Assembly (NCBI RefSeq): GCF_006345805.1
Contig: NC_042999.1
Span: forward strand, 46,872,001 to 46,936,000
Origin: Octopus sinensis
Lineage: Eukaryota
DNA: 64,000 nucleotides
Reading direction: 5' to 3'
This document shows, one piece after another, positions 10,149 through 24,301 of this stretch. Position numbers and translations under genes: made by a program. How positions within the stretch are numbered: the stretch's first letter is position 1; every line of letters begins with the position of its first letter. The notes beneath the pieces are model-generated. The model saw only the letters and a list, made by a program, of their open reading frames with translations. It was not told the origin of the DNA and did no database searches.

Positions 10149-13100
10149 TATATATATAATATATATATATCTTGAGAGAAGTGTTGGATAGTTTCATTGT
10201 TCCACTTACAGATTGTATTTATTTAGTTATTTATTAGGTGGTATGGATGTATGTACGTATGTATGTGTGTATGTGCATATGTATGTATGCATGTAGGTAG
10301 ACAGATAGATAAATTATTATGCATGTACGTAGTTGCTTTCACTTGTGTCATTGCGAAGTATATACCACTGAGGAAGATAAGCACGAAAAGGTATTTAGGA
10401 ATTTATAAATGCACATTAGACGAACAATTGCAAATTCCCTTTCTTGATGGAAGTAAACAGGAGAACAAGCACCCGATTGTCGGGAATTTGACGTTGCATG
10501 ATGGAATGCAACGTTCTATGCTGCTTTTTGTGGAATAACACTCAATGTCACTTTGTCAGTAAACAGGGGGTTACAGAAAAAAAAACTAGCCTTGTGTGTG
10601 CTTTGGAATCAGGATAAGATCTTTCGCTTAACTGGTTTGTCAATGTGTTCTTTACAATTCATGTCTGTCGTTAAAGGCAGATTTGTATATATGGAGGGTT
10701 TTGTCTCTTTGATCAGCAACATCCAGAAATTTTGCACTGTGTCTCTGAAAGCAAACACGACATGCTGGTTCGACGTTTATCATGCTGCTTCCCAACTGAT
10801 GACGTGTGTGTGCTAAGGTGTTCTTTAACTGATATGTACAGAATCAATAAATGTGAGGAGAACTGTTCGTTCGATCTGTTAATAAATAGTAAATAGTAAA
10901 GGATGTTGGTTAACGATAGACAACAAATACACATAGAAAGTAGTGGCTATTGTTCCTAGATCTCTTCTTCTGCTGAACTCATTTTGGATGCATGTGGTTA
11001 GACACTGAGAATGTTTAATTTGTAGACACTTGTACGGATTATTTGCTCTTTTCTCATTTTATTTGGATATATTAGAGAGCTAGGACGAAGTACGCTGAGT
11101 GTTGTTCACTCTGCTTGAAAAGATATATTCTTACCATCAAATGGAATTTGCATCGTATTCATTTGATATTTTTAAACATTTTCAACGGATGTAACATTGT
11201 TTAAAATTTCTAAACGAGGCCAGCAATATTAGACGGGGGAAATAACTCGATTACTTTGACCCGTGCTGACTCGTTGAGACTTTATCAACCCGTTCTGATT
11301 TTATTGACCTCTAAACGATGAAAGTCGCATCCGAACACGGTGGAATTTGAAATCGGAATGTAAAGAGCAGTAATAAATACTTCTAAGCAGTTTGTTCGAC
11401 GCACCAACGACTCTGCGACGTCGCTACCTTTTTGAGTAAGCTGTAACAATATACTTAGCTGCCATGTATATCTATCAACTGGCTGCTCTGCAGTTTTCAT
11501 CTCTTCAGTTACTACATAATTATTTACTAGTCGATTGCGATACACAAATCGGTGAGAATAAAATGTAGCTAAACCTTTTCTCAAAATAGCTTTCACTATA
11601 TCTGTGATGGTATAACAATCTTTGGATACGATTTTCAGTGTCATTAGCACAAGGTCTTCTGCCAGCTTACATCAAACACAATGTCTTTTAAATCAAAATT
11701 ATATATTATGTATCTCCATTACAAATTTGTAGCATATAGTGATACAAAAAGGCACTTATTATTACAAACTGACAAATGTATATTTTACCATTATACACAA
11801 TCATTTTGTTTCGAGAAAATTTTGATATTCAGAGAAGATAAAGTGCTAAAAGTCTTGACACTAGTCGCTTTTTAGGATGTTATTCTTGTCATTCATATCA
11901 AATGTGATAGCAGATATTGGAAAACAAATATGATGACACGGATTTTGTATGACAATAATTTCATGTTGACTGTAATTAAATATCCACTTCGATGTAAAAT
12001 ATGCTTAATTTAACTATAGTAATGAGAAAAAAAACACACACTACTACTCATTTAATACTGACTTTGCTGCTGAGAATTACATTACAATTCACTTTAATAA
12101 TTGACCTCCATTTTGACGAGTCAATCATTTTCAGATTCACAATTATATTTTAAAAAAAACACAATGAAAGAAATACAATAGTTTTCATTGAAATTCTTTA
12201 ATCATGTCGTATACTTGAAATGTGTCCATAATAGAATCATGAAATTGACGCTTTCCCTTTACTAATGGCATTCGGCCAGCTTGTAGAGTCTATACTTTGC
12301 CATTTATATAGTAATGATTATATGAGCAACAAGATATTGTAAATGAATAAATATACAGCAGAATATCGCTGGAAGTGAAACACATTACTATACCATTGAG
12401 GACGGAACTTTTATATCACATATGTTATCTGAAATGTGTCTGTAATAATACAATTTTCGGACAGTTGTGAAAAGTAGAAAAAACGATAAGAATTGATGGA
12501 GAATTGATAATGTTCCTGTATTTCAAAGTGACTATAGCCGTTATATAATAAAATAACATTTTATTTTAGTGTGAATGTTAAGTAGGAGGATATCATTTAC
12601 TTGCTAAACAGTTTTTTAATCATACTTCCTTTGACGTATACAGGCGAAAATTGTCTGGAACGAAATTTATATATCAAAACATAGGTTTTATTCAATAGTA
12701 ACATAGTCTTTTCTAATCTTGTAACATCCTAAAAGGAACAGCATTTGTCTCACTACTAATGAAAATATACAGACAACTTAAGATAAAAACATCAATCTAG
12801 GTTTAATGTATGTAATATATATATATATATATATATAATACAGTAATTAAGGAATATCATAAACCCTTGTGTTGTCATTTTCTCCTCCTAAAAATCAGCA
12901 GCAAACCATAATGAATCTGTTCAAGGAAATAAAATAATTGTTTAATTATAGAGTACTTTTTCTATTTGTACTATATTCATTTCACGCTTTCCAACCACAT
13001 ACCGTCAGCGAATAAATAGAAATAATGTACTCAAAACAGCATTCTGCTATTTTGATATCTTCACATACGAAATGATTATATAATATTGCTGCCGATTTGT

Positions 13101-14367
13101 CCTTTTCAAAGCAATGACTACAGTTTAATGGAAATATATATTCAATATAGCAGCAAACATATGTAAAATTCTATAAATTTTAGAAACGATTATCAGCTTC
13201 AGTCAGTTTACTATTACTTCATTCGATTACATCGGTCATAACGTCGTTTCAATCAAGAAATATTTAGAGTCAATGCTTCTCATAAAAAAACTATTTGGGC
13301 GTCATGTTTTTTAGTCGCATCCACCTTTAATGCATGAACAGCTCTAAGAGGAAACCTCAAACCTGAAGGCACATAGGATTGAAAACCCCCAGTATTTCAC
13401 AGAAATTTTCATCTTACGTTTTCATGCCCATCCTATATTTAATTGCTAATCCGTAGCTCGTTGCAAACAACAAAAATATCAGTTAATTATGAAACCTGAA
13501 TCTTATCGCTTTGACATATGTTTCACCAAAGTCTGTTAGAACCCAAGCTGGCGAAAAAGCCTATATGTAGGCAATACGGTAGTGAGATATTACAATATAT
13601 TCCTGAATAAGAGAATACTGTCTGAAATAAAAAGAAAGATTCATTGAATAACTAGGTCGATGATGATGAAAGATGCATGACTGGCGCCCCTTTGATCATA
13701 AGTACGCTTGATAAAAAATACTTCGCAAAAATTATCTTTAACAACGCTCGTATTTTACCTCTCTCTAAACTTTCTCTGTCACTCTGTGCGTCTGTCTCTC
13801 TTCCTATTATGGAGATATAATTGATGAGATACTTAATTGATTATCCTTATCGTAGAAAAGTGAGTACATACCCGTTCTGACCACGACCACGTTCATTTGT
13901 CCAATGTAGAACTTGTACATCACTAACGAAAAATAAATCTTTAGAAGAGAGAATTATAATACGATGTTTTGGCTTCCACTAAGTAAAATTAAATATAACT
14001 ATAGTACTACTGAATCCACTTCGATCTTTACGTTTCTTCATAGGTTCTACCTGGAGTGTGACTTAAGATATTTATGTTTTGAAAATTATAATTTAGAATA
14101 ATTTAGTTCTGGTCTATATCAGAAAAATAAACTCTATTTTGGAGGGCTTCTTAAATCTTAGAACGATTCTTTATTTTTAATCATACATTTTATGATGAAA
14201 CATTGCGTGTCAAATTACCTTGCAATCTAGTTTGAACATAGAAAGGTACAATAATAAGTTTCAGTTATGTAAGCTTCGACGTTTAAAATACATGTTTGTT
14301 CTTGTGCTTGAGAGCAAACGACTCATTAGCAGGTTTCGAGGAATGTATCTCGTAGAATTAATTTTTA

Positions 14368-15932
14368 CCCTTAGATGGACCGAGTGTGTCAATTGACGAA
14401 TTTTGAAATGCTAATTGCACAAAATTCAGAAACTACTACTCGTGCTCTTTACTCTTTAACTTGTTTCAGTAATTTGACTGTGGCCATGCTGGAGCACTGC
14501 CTTTAGTTGAGCAGATCGATCCCAGGGCTTATTCCTTGTAAACCTAGTACTTATTCAATCGGTCTCTTTTGCCGAACCGCTAGGTTACGGGGACGTAAAC
14601 ACACTAGCATCGGTTGTCAAGCGATGTTGGGGGGCAAACACAGACACACAGACATACACACACATACAACATATATATATATATATATATACATACATAT
14701 TTATACATATTTATATACAACGGGCTTGTTTCAGTTTCTGTCTACGAAATCCACTCACAAGGCTTTGGTCGGCCCGAGGGCATAGCAGAAGACACCTGCC
14801 CAAGGTGCTACGCAGTGGAACCATGTGGTTCGTAAGCCAGCTACTTACCATAAGCCACTCCTACGCCTATTGTAGATTTTGACATCATGGTGCTTGGCTT
14901 TTCGTTGCTTTATGATATCTATATATACTATAAATTATAGGTCGTTTGCACCAACTGAAGGAAAAAGAAACATACTACCTTTAAAGACCACATGCTTCAA
15001 CTGTCGTATTGGCAACTTTTGAAACTTTTGTTTATATGACCTGCTTTTGTTTATAAATACATATGATTACATTTTAGATATTCAGTAATTGCTTAGCTTT
15101 TACAACTCGCAAAACAAAACTGCAGTTCAGTTGGAACAACTTGTCAGAACAGAAGGGTAAAACTGGTGAAACCACTCAATGGAAAGTAGTTTTGAAATAC
15201 ACAAAAAAGCCTACTGTCACAATTATATCGTTCCAGTGCGAAAAAATCAAAGTCAGTTGTTGTTTTGAATACCTTACATCAACATGTACAAGTTCCTTCT
15301 GAAGATAACCCCAAGAAGAAGACTGACACCATACTTTTTATATCAAAATAAGGTAGGCGCATATTTGCTTGACCAACTGGCAACGTTTTATGCAGTCAAA
15401 GAAAGCAGTAGACTATTGTCAATACACGTCTTTTTATAATATTTTGGATGATGGTCTTATAAACATCTGGGTAATACACAAGTGTCAGCAACTCGTCCAT
15501 TTGTCAACGGGAATATATTCAAAACGTTGCTCAAGAACTTAGTGGTGATTCACCCCATGGTCGTTCATGTATAATCAAACACTTTATTGAGGATACATAT
15601 GCCTCTGGAAAGAAAGTCAGACGTACATGGGTGAAAATAAAATGCCGAAACAGAACTACAGAAATGTATGGATTCTGTAGGAAAACCTGTGTAACAAATG
15701 TATGCCAAAACGTTACGATGAATGTTATGGTATTTCAATAACATCCTTTTTATTTTATAAGGATAAGTTTCTGTCAAAATATCAAACTATTGCCAATAAT
15801 ATCATCATGAAGTAATAACATTCAATAGATTTATACATTTAACAATGTTTTTTTTACATCTCCTTTTCTTTTTTTCTTTCCAATGAAAAAAAAATCATGT
15901 TTCCGTCAATTGACGCATCTGGCCCTTAAAGG
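14368..15932 (+). mobile_element. Degenerate, internally deleted piggyBac-like transposon
   Basis: Imperfect TIRs ccctt..gg.cc..gtg.gtcaattgacg (14368-14398 and reverse complement at 15904-15932). About 15240-15490 translates with a frameshift to KSVVVLNTLHQH...KKKTDTILF/NKVGAYLLDQLATFYAVKESSRLLSIHVFYNILDDGLINIWVI, matching the piggyBac C-terminal motif STMH..KP..I.FYN.TKGGVD..DQ...RW...F.N.LD. Confidence 0.75.
14450..14868 (-). mobile_element. tRNA/CORE-like SINE, family B, inserted in the piggyBac remnant
   Basis: Minus-strand head aggagtggcttatggtaagtagc... then ccttgggcagg CORE-like box, internal (CA)/(TA) tract. Related copies at 29786 and 33215. Confidence 0.8.
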
Positions 15933-16081
15933 TAGGTGAAAAGTCCGATCGTTCTCGCGTTAAATGAGGTATCAGTATTTCAGCACCAGATAGCAAACCA
16001 GTACCTGGAATGAAATTGGTGGTTATGTAAACAATTGAAACTCTAAAAGAAAAAATCCAATCTCGCTCTCACTATATATAT

Positions 16082-16123
<42 letters not shown>

Positions 16124-16125
16124 AT

Positions 16126-16345
16126 TGTTGGCATCCTTTCTGTCTCGGGAGACAATGGAGTTGCGCACAAAATAATCTAGGCAGACTTTTACATTTCAGG
16201 TCCTAATACATCTCCTGCTGTGGCTGTGTAGTCCTATCCGGGACAAACACTCCCTCTGGCAGGTACCGCAAATGTAGCGAAGACTTTGCCTGGCTGGTTG
16301 TAATGACACAGTTTCTTGTTGACGTCTTTTCTTGTCTTTCCATTT
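16126..16345 (-). mobile_element. RTE-clade LINE 3' end
   Basis: Minus frame RYICGTCQRECLSRIGLHSHSRRC is the RTE C-terminal C2H2-like motif (SRIGL.SH), followed by the typical gagacagaaaggatgccaaca tail. Confidence 0.85.
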
Positions 16346-17670
16346 CTCCTACATATATATACTTTTGATATATATTTAAAATAATATAAATTAAATTAAT
16401 TTTATGTATTGGTTTATGTTTTTCATTGTTTGATTTGCTTAATAGTGGTTTTATCTCTAATTTAATATAATATATATATATATATATGCTACCCACACAA
16501 ATAGACAAACATTTTCTTTTGGACTTTATACTAAGTACATTACACTGGAAAGTTTTCTCGCAGATGTTACTCTGTTAAGATCCTTCCGAATAATAGAAAT
16601 ATTTGGGAAACTATAGTGGCAATGTAAACAATCTCTATTGTTATTCAGGTTTTGTAAATAATGAACCATTCTTTGCCTATTTTAAGCTAATACATTTAAA
16701 TGGCCTACTTTAGAACGTGAAAGGTTTATTTTGTAAACTTATTGTTCTTATAATACTTTTAACCAAATTGATTTTCTACCTAAGGTTTAACCGAAGTAGA
16801 TATTAAAAAAAATAATATTGTTTCTAAAGATGTTTTACAAGAAATTCCATATTTATTTTGGTGTCTTTATAAAGAATGAAAATATTTAAGATCAAAGAAT
16901 ATTCTCGTAAAAGACAACGTTTGCCTTTGTACTTTTTAATATTTATTTCTAAAATATGCACAATGTTGTGCTTTAGAATATATTCTCCTTTCTACTGTAT
17001 GGTATTAAAATATGGAAATATTGAAAGAAATGAATAACCGAATGTGAATAATTGAACAACTATTACATAAAAACATCAGAAATGACGAATATACACGAGA
17101 AAAAGAAGTATTTTTAGCAATTACCACTTTTATATTTTTATTAGACTGAATGTGTTGAATATTAAAGAAAATATTACCATAAGTTTAGGTTAAAGTCAGG
17201 GTAGGGGAAATAAACATATACTGGATACTATTTCAGTGAGAAATATTTTCGCCGAAATGAAAAAAAATAAGACCATATTTCTTGTTGCATTTTCAAATAT
17301 TATTAATCGAGCAGTAATACTTGTTTAGAGATGTTATAACAATAGTAATTTGTTGAAAAATGTGGTGAGAAATCACTTATAAAAATGTTTACTTTATGGA
17401 AATTCTAACGTATATTTATTGGAATATATGCTGTGAGGGATGGCAATTATAAATATTAGAAATTGCAAATAAGATAGAAGACAAATATAGCGTGATATAC
17501 TTAAAATTGATCTTTCAGCTACATCGAAACAAAAAACACGCATTTACGTGCTTTTATCACGCAGAAGAAGTGACATACATCCGCACATCCACGCATACAT
17601 ATATCCATACGTACGTACATACATACATACATACACACATACATACACACATATATACATATACATACAT

Positions 17671-17704
<34 letters not shown>

Positions 17705-17705
17705 G

Positions 17706-17739
<34 letters not shown>

Positions 17740-18376
17740 CACGCAATATTTTAAAAATATCTCTCTTAAAATGAAAATATAAATTTCCTTGAAGACTATG
17801 TTTTTCAAAAACAAATGCAGAAATGATTTTAGACCCACGGTTCATATATTTTTAACTAACCAAAAATAAAGAAAAATTAAGGTGTATAAATTCGTCCGCT
17901 AATTCATTCAAGTCTGAATATACTTTCAAGTTAATTTATAGCAATTATTTTAATGGAGGAAATATCTTACTAATCTTTCTATTTAAATACACATAATCTT
18001 AATTAATTAGTAAATTAAATGTTATTATCTATCATTAGATGATCTATCATTAGCTCTTCCTTTTCCATGTCCACTCTCAGATTACTCGATGTTCAGACTC
18101 TTGTTAGCAATGCTTGAATCAGAAACATTGATGCTAGAGCTGTTTAAAAGACAAAACAGAAGCGATATATATCACAATAATAAGAGCTTATACACACACG
18201 GATTCACACACACACACACACACATGTAGTTTTCAGTTCGATTCAAAGGCCAAGCTGTATCGGCCTTTGCCTTTCCCTTGGACAACAGCAGTGCCATGGA
18301 GAGGAGTCGCTGGTATGTAAGGTCAACGTATAGTCTTCCACAGGCAACCTTAAAGGCAGGAACTTATCACCTCACC

Positions 18377-18379
<3 letters not shown>

Positions 18380-18451
<72 letters not shown>

Positions 18452-18665
18452 ATGTGTGTGTGTGTATATACATATGTATATATATATGTGTATATACATG
18501 TATATATATGTGTATATATATATGCATGTATATATATATGTATATATATATGTATATATATGTATATATATATATATGTGTATATATATATATAATATAT
18601 ATGTGTGTCTGTGTGTGTGTATATATGTACATATATATGTATATATATATATGTATATATATATG

Positions 18666-18696
<31 letters not shown>

Positions 18697-18770
18697 GTAT
18701 ATATATATGTATGTATATGTATGTATATATATGTATGTATATGTATGTATATATATGTATATATATATAT
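18380..18770. repeat. Long degenerate (TA)n/(TATG)n expansion; similar tracts at 19240-19620, 20015-20230 and 21650-22000
   Basis: Direct reading; source of the many IY/YI ORFs. Confidence 0.95.
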
Positions 18771-18771
18771 C

Positions 18772-19236
18772 TTTTGTAAACTTATTAAGATAGCACTCTG
18801 GGGGTTGATTAAGTCGTTTTTGACTCATGTTTCTCGCAATGCTGGTACTATTTGATGTACCCTTGTTTATAAATTTGCATTTAGTCTTTAATTGCTACTT
18901 TACTTATAGTATACACGTCTACCGTTTTGAAATCGCGCACGTTTTCAAAGGTTTCTCTTATGAGCTAGCGAAACGAGTTATGTTTAACCCTAAGCGCAGA
19001 TGCAATGCACCAAACTTCATAATCACGTGAAATGGGTATATCTGCTACATCGCTTGGGAGCTTATGTCACTACGGTACCGGACTTTCTCGCTTTCTCTCT
19101 TTTATCAACTTATTTTGATAGTGTTTTTGCTGCTACTTGAGTCATTTTTGACATTTATTTCTAGGAATGCTGGTACTGTATTGTACCCTAGTTTATAAAT
19201 TTGCTTTTAGGTTTTAATTGCTAATAGGCTACCTAC

Positions 19237-19237
<1 letters not shown>
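18772..19237 (+). mobile_element. Short non-coding PLE-type element with ~85-bp diverged direct repeats and a decayed HHR
   Basis: 18812-18895 resembles 19141-19225 (tttttgac..tttct...aatgctggtact...gtaccct.gtttataaatttgc.tttag..tttaattgcta). Between them is cttatgagctagcgaaac at ~18957-18974; (TA)n on both flanks. Confidence 0.5.
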
Positions 19238-19317
<80 letters not shown>

Positions 19318-19322
19318 TATAA

Positions 19323-19367
<45 letters not shown>

Positions 19368-19469
19368 TGTATTTTACCTTGTTAACAATTAACACGGATA
19401 AATAAATAAATAGTTACCAGGGCAGCAAAAATCTCACAAGTAAAGATGTTGTAACTCCATTTTTTATTC

Positions 19470-19555
<86 letters not shown>

Positions 19556-19641
19556 ATATGTATGTATGTATATATGTATGTGTGTATGTATGTACATGTA
19601 TAATTGCTAATGGTCCACCTCCATTATATGTATATATATGT

Positions 19642-20012
19642 TTATTAAAATTATAATTTAAGGTATCTAAGAGATACCACCACGCTAGAAATAGCATTCA
19701 AAACTTGACTCTAAAACCACATTAAATGTTCATACATCACCAGGAGAGAAGACAAAAGATAAAATGAACTCGCCAAAAAAATTACTGGAAATTTACTAGT
19801 TTATTTTGTCTTTTTGTTTTCTCTCCTGGTCCTGTACGAACATTTAATGCTGTTTTAGAGTCAAGTCTTGGCTGCTATTTCTAGCGTGGTGGTATCTCTT
19901 AGATACCCTAAATTATAATTTTAATAATTATTATTACCTTTGAAGGTTTTAATTCACATGCTGTCCACTTGATAAGATCGATATTTAAATAACGATCTAA
20001 TCCTTATCTAAA
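19642..20012 (+). mobile_element. Fold-back element: ~130-bp inverted arms plus a 3' extension (PLE-type 5' inversion)
   Basis: 19642-19770 is the reverse complement of ~19797-19927 (aaattataattt..ggtatctaagagataccaccacgctagaaatagc...). Continues to ccttatctaaattt and then (TA)n. Confidence 0.75.
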
Positions 20013-20061
20013 TTTATATATATATATGCCTATATATATATACATACATATATATATATAT

Positions 20062-20115
<54 letters not shown>

Positions 20116-20139
20116 TATATATATAATATATATATATAT

Positions 20140-20196
<57 letters not shown>

Positions 20197-21309
20197 TATA
20201 TATATACATATACATACATACGTACACACACACATATTTATACACATGTATTTATACCTTCTTATAAAATATACCATTAATTATAAGTATACAATCTCTT
20301 CTGATGTATTAAGATATACGTCACAGGATACTCTGTCTTATATGAAGAATTTAATATTCCGAATAATGCTGGTTATGAAATAATCTTTGGTGACACTTAT
20401 ACAATACTTTCCGTATTATACAAAATTCAGTTGGAAATTTTGACTTTTGGAGCCTATTCTTACAAAGTACGTCAAACTAGTAAGAGATAAACATGAGATT
20501 GCATTTAGAAAAATAAAATTGGAAAATATCTAAGTAACAAGATTGTTTAAGATAAGATTAAGAATCCCGAAAGTAGTATTTAGTGAATTATCTGGAGGAT
20601 GATATCGGATTAATTTACAAAATGATCAATGCATTTGTATTTAAAATAAACATGCTAGTAACTAAATAAATGTACAACATAAACAAATATAAAACACAAA
20701 GAAACGTGTAGGCACACGTATGTACACCTGTACATTTGTCTAGACACATACATATATACATATAAATTTATTATTGTGTCTGTATGCATGTATCTATTCA
20801 TGTATTATATGTACTATGTAGTACTAAAAAGTACTAATCTTTCTGCCTATATATATCACACCGATATTTGTTTGCAGATTTACCATAATAACAATATATA
20901 AACTTATACCTGACCTCTTCAGTGCCTTTAAGGCACTGAACATGGTATCTTTAAATCACTGGCCGATTTAAGGTCGTCCTCTAACGGTATTTCTTTAAAG
21001 TTGGGGTTGACATACAGAAGGTAGAAGCAACAAATTATAGTTAGCAGTCGTCGCATTCGTTCCCGAAACCCTAACTGTGAAGTATGTCCATCTACGTTCC
21101 TAGAAAGACGTCTGTCGTTGTAGTTTATGAAGGTATTTGACGCGTATATAGTTATGAGATGTAATCGTTGCAATTTAAATCCATTGCTGTGCAATATTTA
21201 AAACACTAAGCATAACTGTAAACATACTACGTAGGTGTTAGATATGCTATTGGGTCTGTTTTGCTAGTTTTCTTTAGTTTTAGATGAATTAAGATGTGCT
21301 TTGTAAAGT

Positions 21310-21480
21310 GTATATATACATACGCACACATACATACCTGCATGTATGCCTGCATACATACATTCATACATACATACATACATACATTCATACATACATA
21401 CATACATACATACATACATACATACATACATACATACATACATACATACATACATACATACATACATGCATACATACATA
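21310..21480. repeat. (TACA)n microsatellite
   Basis: Direct reading. Confidence 0.95.
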
Positions 21481-21738
21481 CAAACATATAGAGAGATTTA
21501 AAGATAAATTTGTAGGTAGAAAGACAGATGGATAGATAGATAGATAGATACATTTAATTATCAAAACAACGTTTCTGAATGAATAAATAAACTGAAGCTT
21601 AAAATACTTCAACTTAATTATAAACGGAACCAAATCTTCATACACATACATGATATGTATATATACATACGTACATATATATGCATGTATAACTACACAT
21701 ATATGCATGCGTATATATATGTATGTATATATGTATAT

Positions 21739-21785
<47 letters not shown>

Positions 21786-22625
21786 ATATGTATATATATA
21801 TATATTATATATATATATATATATATATGTCTGTATATATATACGTGTGTATATGAGTATATATTTAATACAGATATAATATATGAAGAAATGCATTTGT
21901 ATGTACATATATATGTGTGCAAATATATATATGTATATGTTGATATATATATATATATGTGTGTGTGTGTATATATGTACACACACTTACATACATATAC
22001 ACATACATGCACTCATACACACCCGCCCACACGCACGCACACACACACGCATACATGTATATATATGCATATGCAGACACAAACACGCACAAACATCCAT
22101 ATCAATACGTCATTAATTTTAGAATACCATTATCTTTTCATATTTATAAACAGCTATCACCAATAATAATTTTCGTTATTGTTAATCATAACGTTGTTCT
22201 TGTTGCAGTCCGCTGTTCCATTGTTTATAACCATAAAGCTGTAATTTTGCACAAGTTTGATGCTACATCATACAGTTTTCATATAGAAAAGCAGTGAAAC
22301 ACATGTGAAAAGGTAATGATGTGCTAGCTGACAATATAGATTATTCTCTCTTAAACTTAACAATTTTCATTGAAATTAATTACTTTGGATTTTTCAATTG
22401 AATTAATTATATTATATAATTTCATATTGTTTATTTTATGGTTTCTACTTCTTGGCACTAGTTGCAATCCTGTAATAAAAGAGTTTTATTGTTTGGCTAT
22501 ATTCAGCACTATGCCGTGAACATGGATCTCTTTCAAATAATATCAACACTTATGTATGACTTGAAGTTGATAAAGACAACTCTATCAACGGTTAAAATTC
22601 ACTTCCCGCTTCTTCATCATCATTA

Positions 22626-22991
22626 TACCTGTTGTTGTTGTTGTTGTTACTGCTGTTTATGTTGCTCTTCTTCTTTTTCCCTCTTCTTTTTCCATTCTTC
22701 TTCATCTTCTTCTTCTTCTTCTTCTTCTTCTTCTTCTTCTTCCCTCTGCGCTTCCCCTCTCCTTCTTTTCCATTCTTTTTCTTCTTCTTCTTCTTTCTCT
22801 CTTTTTTCCATTCTTCTTCTTTTTCTTCTTCTTCTTCTTTCTCTCTTTTTTCCATTCTTTTTCTTCTTCTTCTTTCTCTCTTTTTTCCATTCTTCTTCTT
22901 TTTCTTTTACTTCTTTTTCCCTCTTCTTTTCCCATTCTTCTTCTTCATCTAGCTGCTGCTGCTACTACTACTACTACTACTACTACTACTA

Positions 22992-23049
<58 letters not shown>

Positions 23050-23070
23050 GCCGCTAATGCTGCTGCTGCT
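22626..23070. repeat. Compound triplet repeat (TGT)(TCT)(CTA)(GCT) with a recurring ~40-bp TTC-based unit ctctt(c)ttttccattcttcttc
   Basis: Unit recurs about six times between 22680 and 22945. Confidence 0.9.
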
Positions 23071-24113
23071 GCGCCCGATCCTGTATTTTCTGTTTCACTA
23101 AGGGATAGTCCATCACACAAATAACGTTGAGAATACAAAATGACCAATCCTCTTTTCGCCATTGGCTCTTAATCTCGGCAATGCGAACAACTTCAATATA
23201 TACAATACAACACGTAGTTAGATTCTCATTCATTTGGAAAAATGCAGTTTGTTTTCAAAGAATGGTCAGTCGAATAATTGGGCTTTTAGAAAGCATGGGC
23301 AATCAAAATTAATATTTTTGAACATAAAATGTTATCAACTGAGAAAGTCTGCGCATTTGCAATTTGCCTTTCATTATTTATTGTGTGCAGAAAAAAACCC
23401 AATTAAATATTGCAAAAAGTGAGATTCCCACTATTTGTCTCTTCTGTATAGTGATTCTGTTATTGTCCAGGCTTCGCTATTGAAGAACAGAATTGCTTCA
23501 ATACAGGCTTTGAAAAATAGTGTTATACTTTCATGACTGGCTGAAAGAATCCCGAAAACTTAAGTGTGCGCACGACTACCAGCACTAATTGGAATCTTTG
23601 TTTAAACGCTTTTCTAGTGTCTGACATGTCACATCTAAGAGAAAAGAAAGAAAAGAACATTGACAAAATCATACGCGAGTTCCAACTCGTACACATACAT
23701 ATTCATATATTGCCTGAGAGACACATTCTGCTAACAAAAAATAAACGATTGAAACTTAACTTAAAATCGTACTTCAGACATTTGCTGCCCGTTTCGCTTT
23801 TGTTTTTGTCTCTATGAGAACTAAGAAAGTATTGAAACCGCTACAGACAAGTTGAGATTCGTTTGATAAATAGTCATAAATGTATGCAGTTCACCCTGTG
23901 CATTTTATTTTACAATGAGATTGCCCTTCTAAAGTACAACTATGTTTTAACGCGCGCGCGTACACACACGCACAGAGGAATTACTCTCACATACTCACAT
24001 CACGCAAATAGACACAGACACTGACACACAGACATATACACAAACACATGTTGATATATGATACATTTTGCAAAAAGAAGGAAAATCATGTAGAACTTAT
24101 GTGTCTCTCTGGA

Positions 24114-24151
<38 letters not shown>

Positions 24152-24216
24152 ATATATATATATATACCTTTTTCTTTACCTACCTGCCTATCAAACTAGC
24201 TATATCTGTATATATA

Positions 24217-24301
<85 letters not shown>

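Noticed and set aside
19955-19998. TTGATAA-GATCG...CGATC, resembling a U3-A8 core with stem II
   Set aside because: Followed by TAAT rather than GAAA, with no stem I or III; treated as a 3'-terminal hairpin.
20918-20940. Perfect 11-bp palindrome ttcagtgcctt-t-aaggcactgaa, overlapping a possible minus-strand start exon MFSALKALKRS with a GTATAA donor
   Set aside because: A single short palindrome is expected by chance; the donor is weak and no phase-compatible downstream exon or recognisable protein was found.
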